A stretch of DNA of 63,156 nucleotides, the filler included, from Reticulomyxa filosa (taxonomy: Eukaryota > Protista > Foraminifera), in NCBI GenBank assembly GCA_000512085.1. It is 21 parts of 21 records of this genome, joined end to end, with 100 filler letters (N's around TTAATTAATTAA, not from the genome) between each part and the next. Parts side by side here need not be neighbours in the genome. Positions count along the whole stretch, not along the records: positions 7,518 to 19,490 come from ASPP01008711.1; positions 19,591 to 22,021 come from ASPP01021238.1; positions 22,122 to 25,292 come from ASPP01044652.1; 18 more parts are not named here. The stretch is one strand, 5' to 3'. This document shows positions 11,896 to 24,704 of this stretch, piece after piece. Under the pieces are notes generated by a model. It did not search any database. It saw nothing but the letters and a program-made list of their open reading frames with translations, and was not told the DNA's origin. Positions within the stretch are counted from its first letter, which is position 1. Each line of letters opens with the position of its first letter. Both the position numbers and the translations under genes were made by a program.

Positions 11896-14800
11896 TCAAA
11901 GGATGACACATTTGGCACTATAATCAAAGATTTTTTTTTTGTTGCAAAAAACAAAACCACTTTTCATTTTATTATTATTATTATTATTTTAAAAAAAAAA
12001 AACAAACCATTGACCACTATTGGTATCATATTTTTCCTGATCGTCCTTAGAATGAGTTTTCGTAGTAGCGTCATCATGACCACCATCGCCGTCGGTGGCC
12101 TGAAGATTTGTGGCAGCGGGATCGACACGAGTGCCTCTGTCTCCAGCCACAGTGGCGTTGGATGGGGTATTGCCAGCGTCGTTAAGCGACGGATTGTTCT
12201 TGCCCGTATTGGAACGACGTTGTAGCGGTTGTGACTCAAGCATGCGTTCGGAATTGTTATCGGTAGTCCGAGCCGGGAGAGATTGCGATCTCGGGACCGA
12301 AGATTTGAAGGCAGCGTCGGACGCAACGGTGAGAGCTTGAGGCGACTTGTGGATGACATTATCAGGATGTGCTTTATCTCGCATCGACGATCCTCGAAAG
12401 ACAATTTGCGGCATTTTGAATTTACGTGAGCGTTGCAGTTGTGGCAAGCTATACTTTTCACGGATTCTGGATTCAATCCAAATGTCGAATTTGCACATTT
12501 CAATGGCTTGCGCTTGTGCAATTTTATATAACTCCACTGGGCTTTCATTCAATTGAATTTGCTCCTCTTTTTCCGGAAATTCCTCGCTCAAGTTGGCCTT
12601 CACTGCTATGCACGTCAAATAAAAAAACTCCAACTCGGCCGCCGCTTTCGTTAACTCTTCATGCTTTTGTGCTATTTTCGCCTGACTTTGTGCTTTATCC
12701 TTGTGACCTTTCCCTGTTTGTTTCGAATGCTCTTCCTTTGCTCCATTCCCTGCACCTGCAGTTGTAGCTGCAGCTGCATTTGTGCTCGCACGTGCTTCTG
12801 CTCCTGCTCCTGCTCCTCCTCCTTCTTCTTCTTCTTCTGCATGTATCTTTTGTGTTGATGGCTCATTGGCCTTCTTGTGAGTATCTTCGTTCAGCAACAA
12901 TGGTAGTTGCTCTTCCTTGTCTTCTTCCACCAAGTCCAAATGCACATGCTCAAAGTCGTCGTGCAAGATCCTTTGCGCACGATAGCTTACCATCTCTGTC
13001 CCGTGAGGTCTAAAATTATTTATTATTAATAAATTAACACAATTAATAAAATTAATTAATTATTAATAATTGATTACTCATTTTCGAAACTGGCGAAGTG
13101 AAATTTGCAAAGCATCATCTTCAGTAAACGAACGGGACATATCTGGCGCGTGGTCACTAGCCTTGTTTCGGTCTGCGGATGTGTGCAAGTCACGCAAGAG
13201 CAAAAACATTTCGTCGTCTTTCGCCAATTTGGTTGATTGCATTTCTTCGAGTTGTGTACTTGTTTTCATTTGGCACACATATGATATATGTACATATATA
13301 TATATACATATACATATATTTTTATGGAAAAAAAAAAAAACAAACGCGAGTTGGTCTTTTTGTAAATTCAAAGCGTCAATGACCGATTGCTGGTGCTTTA
13401 ATTTTTCTTCAAACAAGGCGGCTTGTTGTTCAGCTTTGGACTTTTCAAGGGTAATGCCTTTCATTTGCTCCATCAGCACAACGTTTTCTTCTTGCGCTTC
13501 GGCGGTGACGTTGTGCACTTCTTCGACATCTTGCAGGTCGGCCTCAAAGGCCTGTTCCAACTCTTCTTGGTCTTGGTGCACTCGTCTCAGTTCCCCGGAC
13601 AGCATCGCAATTGCCGTCTCGTGCGTGACCGTCTTTTGCTGCAGCTCTTCGTATTTCTTACGCCACGCGTTAATCTCGTGTTGCACTTGCTCTTTGTGTC
13701 GTGCTTCGTCGTCCAATTTTTGCAAGACTTTTTCAAGCAACTCTTTCAAGTTATTTAATTTTTTTTTTTTTACATAAATTTAATTTTATTTATTTATTTA
13801 TTTATATCAGTGGATAACTATTTTGTGTTTCGAAAAAAAAACAAAACAAAACACCTTGTTTTGTTGTGGCTTTGTCATTGTTGGAGACGGCGTTGAGAAG
13901 GGAGTTGCTCTGAGTGTGGTGATGATGCATCGGAGGGGGCGTAGGGTTCACCACTGGCTCTTGTTCGACCGCTGCGAGGTCATCTACTCGTTCCTGCAGC
14001 ATCTTTATCTGTGTTTCCAATGCCTCATTCTCCATTTGCAATTGTTGCTTCTCCATTGCCAACACACTGTCATTTCGAGAATGGCGGTGTGCGCTTTGCA
14101 ACTTTCAAAACAAAAAAATACACAAAAAATGTTTATTTTAAAAAAAAATAATATACAATATTTATAAACATATATATATATATATTTATATATACATATA
14201 TAACTTCTTCACCCACTTCCACCAGCTGCGCCTTCAAGTCTTCCAAGCCCGTTTGCAATATTTCATTTTCACGATTTAATTTATCGTTTTCACTTACCAT
14301 TAACATAAACTCTTGTGCTGCTTTGATTGCAAGTTTTTGTTTTTCATCTTTATTATCATTGTCATTGTTATTATTATTATTATTATTATTGTTATCACCA
14401 TTGGCATATCTTTATTTTTAAGTGAGGAGTCATCTTGACTCGTCACATTGATGCCAGCATTGGAATGTGGGTCATTGATGTTGGGTATGACATCCTTTCC
14501 ATGTATTGTTTCGCGCGAGCCACCGGCCAATGTGTCATTGGAGTGGTATTTTTGGGAGTGGTTCTCCGTGGTCCCACTTTTCGAGTCTTCCGATTTCGCA
14601 CCTCGCGACTTGCTATTGTGTCTCTTGTGTTCCGCAGGAGAAAACGTGGGCATCCAAGCGCCATTGCTCTCTGGACAACCAACATTTTTATTTGTTTGTT
14701 TGTTTGTTTGTTTATATATTCGTTTTAAAATAGATCAACGGCTAAGTCTGACACGCACACCATTGCTCAATGAAGACGTATTCTTGTGACGGCTCTGTCT

Positions 14801-15342
14801 TGTTGATTCGGGACGTCCAGGGACAGTAGCTCCGAGTTTGAGTGGCTGGCTTGGTCGACTGGCTGTATTCGATACTTTCACCGGAAACTGCTGGTCCAAT
14901 GCCGCTGTGCTTAGTGCATTCAATTCAACGTGATTCGCGTCCAACAATTGAATCAAACTTTAATCAATACAAAAGGAGACAAAAAAAAAAAAAAGACCCC
15001 CAATCCCAACAATATATCCTGTCTCAAAAAAAAAAAACTATATTTATATACATATATATATTCTTCAAACATTATCACACAAAATATTTTTCAAATAAAT
15101 CAAATCAAATGGAATAAAAAAAAAACAAACGAGGGCGTCTTTTCAGCCACGGATGTTGGAAGTAGATGGGATATGGATTCGTTGTGTTGGTGGCGTTTTG
15201 CAGAATCTCTTGGTGTTGGGCTTTCCGCCATCACATTGGGAATATTTGGGTTTGAGGGACTTATTGTTACCATTGGAGGTTCCATTTCCGAATCATCTAT
15301 ATCCCAAACACCGCCATTCTCTTCATTGCCATGTACTGACAT
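11896..15342 (-). CDS. Large multi-exon coiled-coil protein ending in a CaaX box (…GQCAKCVIL*)
   Basis: Low-complexity N-terminal exons, heptad-rich exons (14100-13100), a helical domain EFFYLTCIAVK...VELYKIAQ...FDIWIESRI, and a 22-nt last exon 11917-11896 spliced via intron 12007-11918. Confidence 0.75.
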
Positions 15343-15882
15343 CTCTCCTCACTTTACACAATTTTTATTTATTTCGCTTTGCTTTCTTGTCGTTGATTTC
15401 TTTTTTTTTTTTTCCTGGACTTTCAAATTTCAAATTCTTTTTTTTTTTTGGATTACTTCATATTGGTCCATAATATGTAAGGGAAGGAGGGGGAAAAAAA
15501 AAAAGCGAGTTGTGAATCAAAACAATTCGTGTCGTTTGCAAATTTATTTTTTTTTTTCGTTTTGTTTTGCTCAAGATAGACAGATAATAACATGGTGATC
15601 GGATAATAATATATTTGTTATGGAGCAGGGTCGGAAAGTTCATTGTGGACCGCCTTTGGAAACGTTACTAGCGACTGCTCGGAAGTATGCCCAATCTACT
15701 TTAGAGACGTATGTTGTCCTTTTTTATTGTAATCGTGGTTAGGAACGCATTCAAGGTGAACAGCTTCAACTCAACTAGAAAGGAATAGCAAAATCTGCCA
15801 TTTGTTTCTGGATACAAACCTTTGCAAGGGAATGCTTACAAAAATAGATGAATGGTTGGAAGACAAAGGTATTGAAATTTAA

Positions 15883-17568
15883 TTAATTTATTGTTGCTTT
15901 ATTTAACATTACCTTTTTGTTAGAGCAAGAGAGAGTGGCTAAGAACTCCAAGAAAATTGGAAAAGCGAAAGACCATGTAAGTCGGTAGAGCACCATAGCA
16001 TCAGCTCTTGTACATGAAAAGTGTCTCCCTGCGATTTTTTTGGGTTGGAAAAAAAAAGTGTGAGAAAGAAGACTTCCAACGGCGGCAGTGTTACTCGAGA
16101 CAAGGGTATTATCAAACTTCCTCGCCACAAACCCAACAAAAGACATGATGACATCCACCAGCTGTTCGACATGAATATAATGCATCAAAATGTCACGTCT
16201 TTGATGACACCACTCGACCGAGTAGGCGATGAACCATTGCACTTGTTTGAAATCGTCAGAGTTTTCCAAGTCAATCCGATAAAACAACAGCTCGTCGCTG
16301 CACCAATGGCAGCGTTTGATTTGAGTGGAATCGATAGTGTTGATGACATCTTTGCTTTTACTTTGCAATTTCTTTTGACTGCGATAGACTCTGAAATTCG
16401 GGATTTGGATGGAGTGGTCATTATCATGATCAGCATATTGTTCATTGGAAAAAACGGAGGTATCATTCCTTTGAGCCGTCTCTTCCAATTGTTTGATCAG
16501 TATCGAGCAGTCTAAAATGGCAAGCTGTTGTCGATTCGATTGAATCGACAAATACTGTCCACTGGGAGAAAATTCAATACTTATCAACGTCATCTTCTTC
16601 CACAAAAGGTCTTCTTCTTCAAACAAGCTTGACAATGGTACTTCCATTAGTAGCGACTCATCTCCAACCTTTCCAATATGCAATGTTGTTCGCATCAATG
16701 ATTCACATATGCAAAGTATTAATCCGTTTTTATTATTACAAACAAAATTTGATATTGCTGAATAATCTCTTTTTTTTTTTTTTTTTTTTAATTAATGCAA
16801 AATGTATGCATGTTTGCATGTATGTTTGTACGTGAGTGAGGAAACAACAACAACATATTTTACTTTGGAAAATTTTTTTGTTGTCTTTTGTTTGTGACTT
16901 GTTTTAGGGAAGTTTCAACTGTGATTTTGTAGCGACAATAACTGCTTGCTTTTAGAAGTATGGATATCGAATCCATAGAGACTTGTGCCGCAGCTTATTA
17001 ACAAATGCGAGTTGTCACAAAAACACAATTTTTGCACAACTTTGTGCTGATCGCTGTTCCTGGAACTCTCTTGGAACTCCGCTATTGGAAATGATCGGTG
17101 CTCTGTAAAAGAGCGAAAATAGGTTATGTTACTTGGAATTTTCAATTCATTCATGTCAAAGTGAAGATCAAAGTCCACTGAGCAGCTACTATAATCGAAC
17201 TCGTTTATTATGTTTGCATAATTAAATAGCTCGACACTCTTCCATGTACTTCCAATGTATGCGTAGTGCATTCCGACTATATATCTTTTGTTTGGTGTAA
17301 GTGCCACGTCACTAAAATTTCCATTTAACGACACTTTCCACGCTTCAAGCATCAAACTTGGAGTTTTATTTGCCTTTTCAGTACTTTCTTCTGACAATTT
17401 GTACCTTATTTTGTAAATTACCAATCGCTCACCCCACTTTGGAGATATTGCTATTAGATGTCTATTGTCTAATATACAGCATCTTAAAGCTGGTATCTCA
17501 ATTTCGTACGAAGTGACATGTTGTGGTTGACACCATCTGTCACCAGAGGCAATGCCTTTTCTTTTCAT
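15883..17568 (-). CDS. Hypothetical beta-propeller-like protein (two large frames; junction unresolved)
   Basis: ORFs 16915-17568 and 15883-16698 carry WD-like blades (FSDVALTPNKRYIVG, ISIEFSPSGQYLSI) and are separated by intron-like DNA. Confidence 0.5.
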
Positions 17569-18026
17569 TTGAAAATATATTATTATACTTCTTTTTGGTA
17601 AACCCCTTTTGTACGTTTAAAGAAAACATGAAAACAGGAAGAAGCGTTGTTTGTTGAGGAGTTTAGCCCACTGAGGGCGCCACATTTCCTTTAGAGTTTT
17701 GCCGTCTAAGTGGGACTTGCCCTTCAAGCAAAATATTTTCAGTTTATAATAAGTGAAAATACTAACACGCACAGTGCACTTATTTGTCCCTTTGTTGTAA
17801 TTTAACACATTTGGAAGTTTAATCATAAATAATGTTAAATTTCAATCTCATAGCGGAACAAATGCTGGTTTGTACCTTCTTTACATCTAGTTTTTCGCAG
17901 AACAAAACACGCCAAATAGTTTGTTTTTTTTACAAAACAAAACCAAAGGGTAAGTGCTTTGTAATCGAGTCTTACAACAATAAAAATATAACTTTTAAAC
18001 CAAGTCAATTGCGAGGAGATGGGCGA

Positions 18027-19490
18027 ATGCCAGAAAGTTCAAGAATGGTCAATTGGCAACAATTAATCGAAACAATCAAAGATAATCTGAAACTGATAAG
18101 TGGATCTTCATTTCTTTTAGTAAATAAGGACTGTCTCGAGGATCAAATTGATAACGATGACGATTTGATGGACTTTTGGAATGAGCTCAATAAAAAAAGA
18201 AAAGCAGTGCACTATACACTAACACTAGTTTTGATTTAATTATCATAACAATTATTATTGCTTGTTGTTGTCCATTAAAAAAAAATGTATATGCATAAAT
18301 ATGGGAAACTATGTATATACCTATCTATGTATATGTATATGCATTATGTATAAATATCTAATAATAAAAAAGAGATGTTTGGTAATTAAAAAAGAAAGCA
18401 AAAAAATGACATGGTGTCCAAAAAATTCCAACGATGCGAATTTCCGTTTTGAATTGGACAAAGAGGATTGGAACAAACACTTTGAGGATTTGAAGCAATT
18501 GGTTGGAATAAGTGATGATAATGAATATCTAAAAGACACGGAACAGAAGAAGAGGATTCGAAATGGCAATCACTTGAAAGCGATTTGGTCTGATCGGTAT
18601 GACGAACATAAGACATGTTGGTTGAAGCTTAAAGTTGTGCATTTGAAAGCAAAAGCCAACTCAAAAATTGTGTCCACAGCTACACAAGTGAAAGAAAAGA
18701 GATCTAAAAAGCAGAGCCAGTTTGATAAGAGATCAGTTAAAAGAGAAAATATGCAAGAGTTTCACGATGATGATGATGATGATGATAATGATGATGATGA
18801 TGATAAAAAGGAAGATGATAAAAAATTCGATGAAAAAACTCAAAAAGAAAAGGTATTTGATATCGTGTCAATGTTGACATTGGTGAAGAAAGCAGAGGAA
18901 GAAGCAAACCAAATTAAGGACAAAAATGTGATATTACTTCTTGGAGGCACAGGCACTGGGAAATCTACCCTTGTCCATTTCTTGGCAGGATCTACGATGG
19001 AGCAACAAGAGGTGGACGGACGACCTCACATTTGTCCGACGAAAGTGAAAAACAAGGCTCTCGCCAATGTTAGGAGCAGTTCGAGCACAAAATCGGAGAC
19101 CAGATATATCACCGCTGTTCCAATTGATTTGAAAGAAATGGGCGTATATGGAGACCAAGACACAGTTGTGCTTTGTGACACTCCTGGCTTTGAAGATACA
19201 AGTGGCCCTGAAGTCGATGTTGCCAATGGCATTGGTATCATTAAGGCGCTCCAAAATTGTAAGAGTGTCAAACCTGTGGTTCTCATCACCTATACTGCTT
19301 TGGGATACCGAATGAATTATATCCGAGAATTGGCTCGAACCTTGGTTGGAATTATCCCATCCATCAAAGATCATCTTAACACTTTTTCGTATGTACTCAC
19401 CAAATTCCCTGATAAGGAAAAACAATTTTTCCATGCTATGGTGAAAGATACCCTCTGCAACATGGCAAAAGACGAGTCTAATGAGGGATA
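18027..19490 (+). CDS. TRAFAC-class P-loop GTPase (AIG1/septin-like) domain protein, 3'-truncated
   Basis: G1 LLGGTGTGKST, G2 SET, G3 LCDTPGF, acidic poly-D linker; a phase-0 intron at ~18207-18372. Confidence 0.8.
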
Positions 19491-19635
19491 NNNNNNNNNN
19501 NNNNNNNNNNNNNNNNNNNNNNNNNNNNNNNNNNTTAATTAATTAANNNNNNNNNNNNNNNNNNNNNNNNNNNNNNNNNNNNNNNNNNNNATATATATTT
19601 TTTTTCTTCCCCCCCTCTTCTGAACGTATACTTAG

Positions 19636-20144
19636 CATGCAAGAATTGCTGGAGAAGGATGGAATACCTTTGACAAGTTTTGGAGCCAAAAAGTTTGGTG
19701 TCTTTGTTATATTCATATTATACACATATACGTACATATGTCACCTTTTTTTTTTTTTTTTTGTATGTGTGACCACATGTCCTATGATAGACAAGGAGGG
19801 AAACACAATTTGTATCGACATCTTTTAATCAGACCGGAGAATTTGGAAATGTATGCTTTATGTTTTGTTATTTTGTAAATGCTACAACAAATGTTTCTAT
19901 TGCGTTGTTCACGGCACATATTGAAATCAGAAAGCTCGTGCGATACGGAGATGGTAGCGAGTGTTTAATAGACGAGCTAAAAGCAGGTAAGTTCGTGGAT
20001 GAAAGCACAATAAATCAATCAGCATCGCCACAATTCTTAGCGGCGATCTTATCCTTCACTCTTCCAAAGTCTTGCTATGCTACAATGACTGTGCGAGAAT
20101 TGTTAGGAGTACCTTCAACCGAGTTGAAATTACGTCACCCTTAA
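19636..20144 (+). CDS. PUS7: Pseudouridine synthase 7 (TruD family), 3' exons
   Basis: Spliced reading QELLEKDG...LYRHLLIRPENLEIKLVRY...AAILSFTLPKSCYATMTVRELL* matches the TruD/Pus7 C-terminal F.L..S.YATM..RE motif. Confidence 0.8.
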
Positions 20145-20990
20145 AGAGGAGAGCAAAAAAAAGAACAACTCCTTCTTCGCGAATAAAATGCAAACGTTCG
20201 GTTTGAAAGCCAATCAAATCAACCACGTGTTTTCTACTTCGAAAGAATTTCGTTTGGTGGTCATAAGACGCCTTCGACAACAAGATCTATAATTTTTCCT
20301 ACTATCGACGGGAACCAAATAAAATATTCACACTTACCGATATATTTTTCGCTGTTTTGATTTTAATTATGAAAGTGAATTAAAAACTTGCTTGTAGTTT
20401 CCCAAACTTTTTAAAATGTTTGTACTCAAAATTTGTTTAAACATTTTTTCAACTGTGTAATTTCTAGCTAGGAAAGGTTTAATGTTCGAGATTTCATAAG
20501 TTTATTTTATAGAAGCGATTTATGTGAGCCGTTTGTGTTAAACATCACTCTTTTATATGCAATATTTCAAATACAATTTGTCATAAGGGTTGCAATGTAG
20601 GCTTTTGTAAAAAATGGCCATGTCACACCACTATTTCAAAATAGAAAACGTCACAAAGGCACATCAAAAGCATTCCAAATCAAATAGACAAAGTGGAAAA
20701 ATCCCAATGAATCAGAGTTGAATAAAGAAAAAAAAAAGCGCACGAAGCGTGCCTCAACAAAAAATCAGAAACATGCACATTAGAGGATCGCAATTACAAA
20801 AAAACAACCCTTGACAAATGATGAAACAATTTCATACTCGTATCCAATGGTGGCATGAAATGAACAGAGCTCGCACGAATCATATTATTACGCACTATTG
20901 CACAAGAACAAACTTTAAGTTTATATTCAATATTTACACTCTTTTCCTAAGAGGGGAGGGGGAAGAAAAAAAAAGGATGTACTATCTATT

Positions 20991-21950
20991 TCATAATTTA
21001 CACCTTTTCAACAAATTAGTCCAATTGTTGGAGACAAACAAACAAAAATAAAAAAGAGAAACAGAGCAGGAAAAAAAAAATTGGAAGTTTACATTAAAAG
21101 TAGAAAACATAACTCGTTTTCCAGGTTGAGCGTTTTTCTTTTTTTGTCCGTGCAAATATCGAGTCATAGCAGTTTCAAATACCGTATTGACATTAATAAC
21201 TTTCAACGCACTACACTCGACATAAGTTTCGGCACCAATTTCTTCACATAACTTCATAATGTTTTGAGTTGGAATAATAGTATGCGTTGTACTGTTAGTC
21301 TCATTGGAGTGATTTGCAGAGCTTTGATTGTGTGCATCAGAAGAACTTGTTGTATTTTTATTGCTGTTTCTTAAATCCGACTTCAGTCCAACCAGCAAGT
21401 ATCCCCTGTCTGGGGCGTGATGTCTTATTTCGGGCTTTTTTTATTTTTTAAAATAAATTGTTGTATTATCAAATGTTTTTTTTTTTTTTTGGTATTGTGC
21501 TTGTCCCCCTTTTTTTTTTTTGTAATAAATAAAAATATCAACTACACAAAAAAAAAAAAAAAAAAAAATACAATTTATTAATACCACCCATTTTTCGGAG
21601 ACATGCTCAAACGAATCTTCGTTGTCGATTGCAAAACAGACCAAAAAGAAATGTGCGTCTCTGTAACTAAGTGGTCTAATTCGATCAAATTCTTCTTGTC
21701 CTAATGTTTTTTTTTTGTTAGGTACGTCTAGCTTTTTTTCCTTGTTCCCCCTTTTTTTTTTTTTTTTTTTTGAAAACGAAGAGAACACGTGGCTGTTCTC
21801 TTTACACTTTACCTGCGGTATCCCACAAGTCCAATCGTACCTTGACTTTGTGTGGCTTTGGATCCTTTATTGTAATTTCTTTCTCTTCCGTATAATTATC
21901 AAACACCGTAGGAATGTATTCGTCTGGAAATATGCCTTTTGTGTAGCTCA
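20991..21950 (-). CDS. Rho-family small GTPase, 5'-truncated, C-terminal exon unresolved
   Basis: [25 protein letters not shown]|[15 protein letters not shown]|[25 protein letters not shown]. Confidence 0.92.
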
Positions 21951-23958
21951 CTTTTTTTTTTTTACCATATTTTTTTTTTTTGGTGTGAATTTTCTCTTTG
22001 CTTTGTCTTATTTCCAAACCANNNNNNNNNNNNNNNNNNNNNNNNNNNNNNNNNNNNNNNNNNNNTTAATTAATTAANNNNNNNNNNNNNNNNNNNNNNN
22101 NNNNNNNNNNNNNNNNNNNNNTTTGCACTTTTGTCAATTGCTCTCTTTTTTTTTTTTTTGTACTGCATTATTTTTTGGTCCCGCCGTACTTAAAACATTA
22201 CCTTATTATTTTCACGGCAAATAAAAAACAGAAATTCAGTTCTAACTGATATTTTTCTTCAATTAATGTCTGATTTGATATGCTCTAACAACACAATCAC
22301 ATAATCACCAAAACCATTAGAAACATTTTTTTTACAAATCAAAACTTGTTTTCTTTTTTTTTTTGATTTGGTCGAAACTAAGTCAATCCAGCAGCCGGTC
22401 TCGGGGGTCTTTTATTGTTTTGTGATTGGTGTTACGCTTGAGGAGAAAAAAAGGATAAAAAAACTTGTGTAGACAGTATACCTTCAGATCACCCTCTATT
22501 AGCAATACACGTCCTTTACTTGTCACAGCATACAGTGCTCCATTATTTATGCACAATTCGGTTACAGAAACAGACGTGCGTGAAATGCGCGATTGAGGCC
22601 ACCACGAATTGTACTTTACTTCACAGTAAGCAACCAGTCTTTCACTATTGACTAACTTTTGGTGTTACGTCCATTCCCATATTTTGTGTATTTGTTGAAT
22701 TTCATTTGAAAAGGAGAACAGCGGAGGAAAACACAAGGGGGAAAGTGAAATGTTTGTAACTGCTTTCGATTTCATGTGCTGTATGCAAAAATTACTAAGG
22801 GCAGTCATGTCTTCGTCAGTTGGATCATGGATCTATGTGTTTTATTTGTTACGAGGAACAAAATCTGACATCTTTCAAAAAATGGAGCGCAATATAGAGT
22901 GCGAATAAACTATTTGAGTCAGCGATTCGTCTTTCGGAGATATATATATAAATCGTCCTTTCATTGTTTGCATTATTAATCCACCTTTGGTATGTATACC
23001 ATTTACGAATGGATCTTTTTCTTCGACATACACAAGCTCTTTTTGTTTGCAACCATGTTGCTTGTGCCAACGAAACTATTTTTTTTGAGAACAAATTGAC
23101 CCAAAAATAGGTAAATTGATACAATACTGGTAAAATATACTTGGTATAAAGTAAACAAAACTTTTTCCCAAATACTGTTTTCTTTTGGTTGGATTATGCT
23201 TGGTCCAGCGACTCCAATGTCGGTCTGTGCGAAGATGCGAGGCTCCAATCAAAGGAGAGAAAAGTCGCCAAAAATGGTACTTAACTTGTGTGTGATTTAC
23301 GGTTTCTTTTTGCGTTATTGATTCTTGCCTCTCAATCTCATCCTTATAAATTTTTGCGTATTTTGTTTTGTGTATAAACGAAGGGCATGTTTAGTAAACA
23401 ATGTGATGCAAACTACATTCAACAAAGAAAAAAATTCAAATATTAGCCCACTTTGCTTGGCAGTTGTTCTGGATTTTTCTCTTCCTCCAAATTGTTTTTT
23501 GGTTCAGGAATTGTATCCAATAATTCTACAATAAAGCCATTAGTGATAGCTCCATTTTCCTCACTTACCAAAAGATCTTGGGATTTCACAGTATTGGAGT
23601 CACTGTGTAGCATACAGTAAAACTTAAAAAGAAAAGAGATTTCAAAAGATTACTAAACACTTTCAATGAGTTCATTTGTATTTCTTCTGTTAAATGCGTT
23701 CTCAAAGATGTGTTCATTCCAGCGCTTTCACTACGCTCGTTTTGTGAACAAAGTCAAACAGTTAAAAAAGTAAACACATTTTATTACACAGTCAAGAAAC
23801 AAACGTAACCTCATATCAAAATATTTGGCTCTAAATTTCTCTTTTTCACAGAGTAACGTGCCAAAAGGGCATATGAAAAAAATCTTTTACCAATTTGTTA
23901 TCAAATATATATAAAAGTGTTTTTTTTGCTTATGTATTGAAGGGATATTGAAAAAACA

Positions 23959-24110
23959 CAGTAAAATGCAAAAGAAATTGACACCTAAAACGGTATCTTA
24001 TAGAAACGATTAATTTCCTTCATGAAGAAACAACACTTAAATCTATTTTTTTAAAAGATATCTACGGATCGTATAGTTTTAAATGTGATTTTTGTTTTTT
24101 ATCATATCTT
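23959..24110 (+). mobile_element. End of Tc1/mariner-type MITE family
   Basis: CAGTAAAATGCAAAAGAAATTGACACCTAAAACGGTATCTTATAG...CTTCATGAAGAAACAACA is closely similar to the 36811 copy; the preceding dinucleotide is CA rather than TA. Confidence 0.7.
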
Positions 24111-24704
24111 CCTAATTGTTTCAAAAATGTAAATCCTCTTTGCTGCAGAATTTTCGTTTTTTAAGAGAACCTTAAATTTTAGTTATTTGAATTTTTGCTT
24201 TTTTTTGTACACAAAGGCAAAAAAATTTTTAAAAATCAAATTTTAAAAATTTTCGTTTGCACCTGACACCCTTAACATTAAAATTTACTTTATCGTAATT
24301 TTTTGACTATTAATAACTTTTGTTTTTATTGCATTTATTCAATTAATTTTCATTATTCGTTTCTATTGGAGATATTGTTATTTTTTTAAAGATTAGATTT
24401 AAGTATTATTTCTTTATGAAGAAAATCAATTATCTTTATACGTACTAACTTCTTATCTACTGTGATTTTGTTGTTGCGACTTCAGGGTTTTTTAGGTTAT
24501 ATTTTTGTCACAAAAAATTTGAAAACGGTCCTGTTCATTTCTTTTTTTCCTTCTCATCCATACTTTGTGATTGTAGTCAAAGTATACAACAAATTATCCT
24601 TGTTATAGATCAGTATCTGAAAACCAAGTGGCTTTGTTAACCGTCCAGAGACAAGACATTTGTTCGTTTTCACTGCGTTTACATAAGGTGAACTTGGTTA
24701 CAGA

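Noticed and set aside
13070-13777. Long plus-strand ORFs opposite coiled-coil exons (also 12426-13013, 16021-16515)
   Set aside because: Antisense shadows of coding exons with no protein-like features.
22480-23250. Possible decayed minus-strand gene
   Set aside because: Fragmented frames with no identifiable family.
24268-24276. CCCTTAA as a Kolobok/Harbinger transposon end
   Set aside because: No partner terminus was found.
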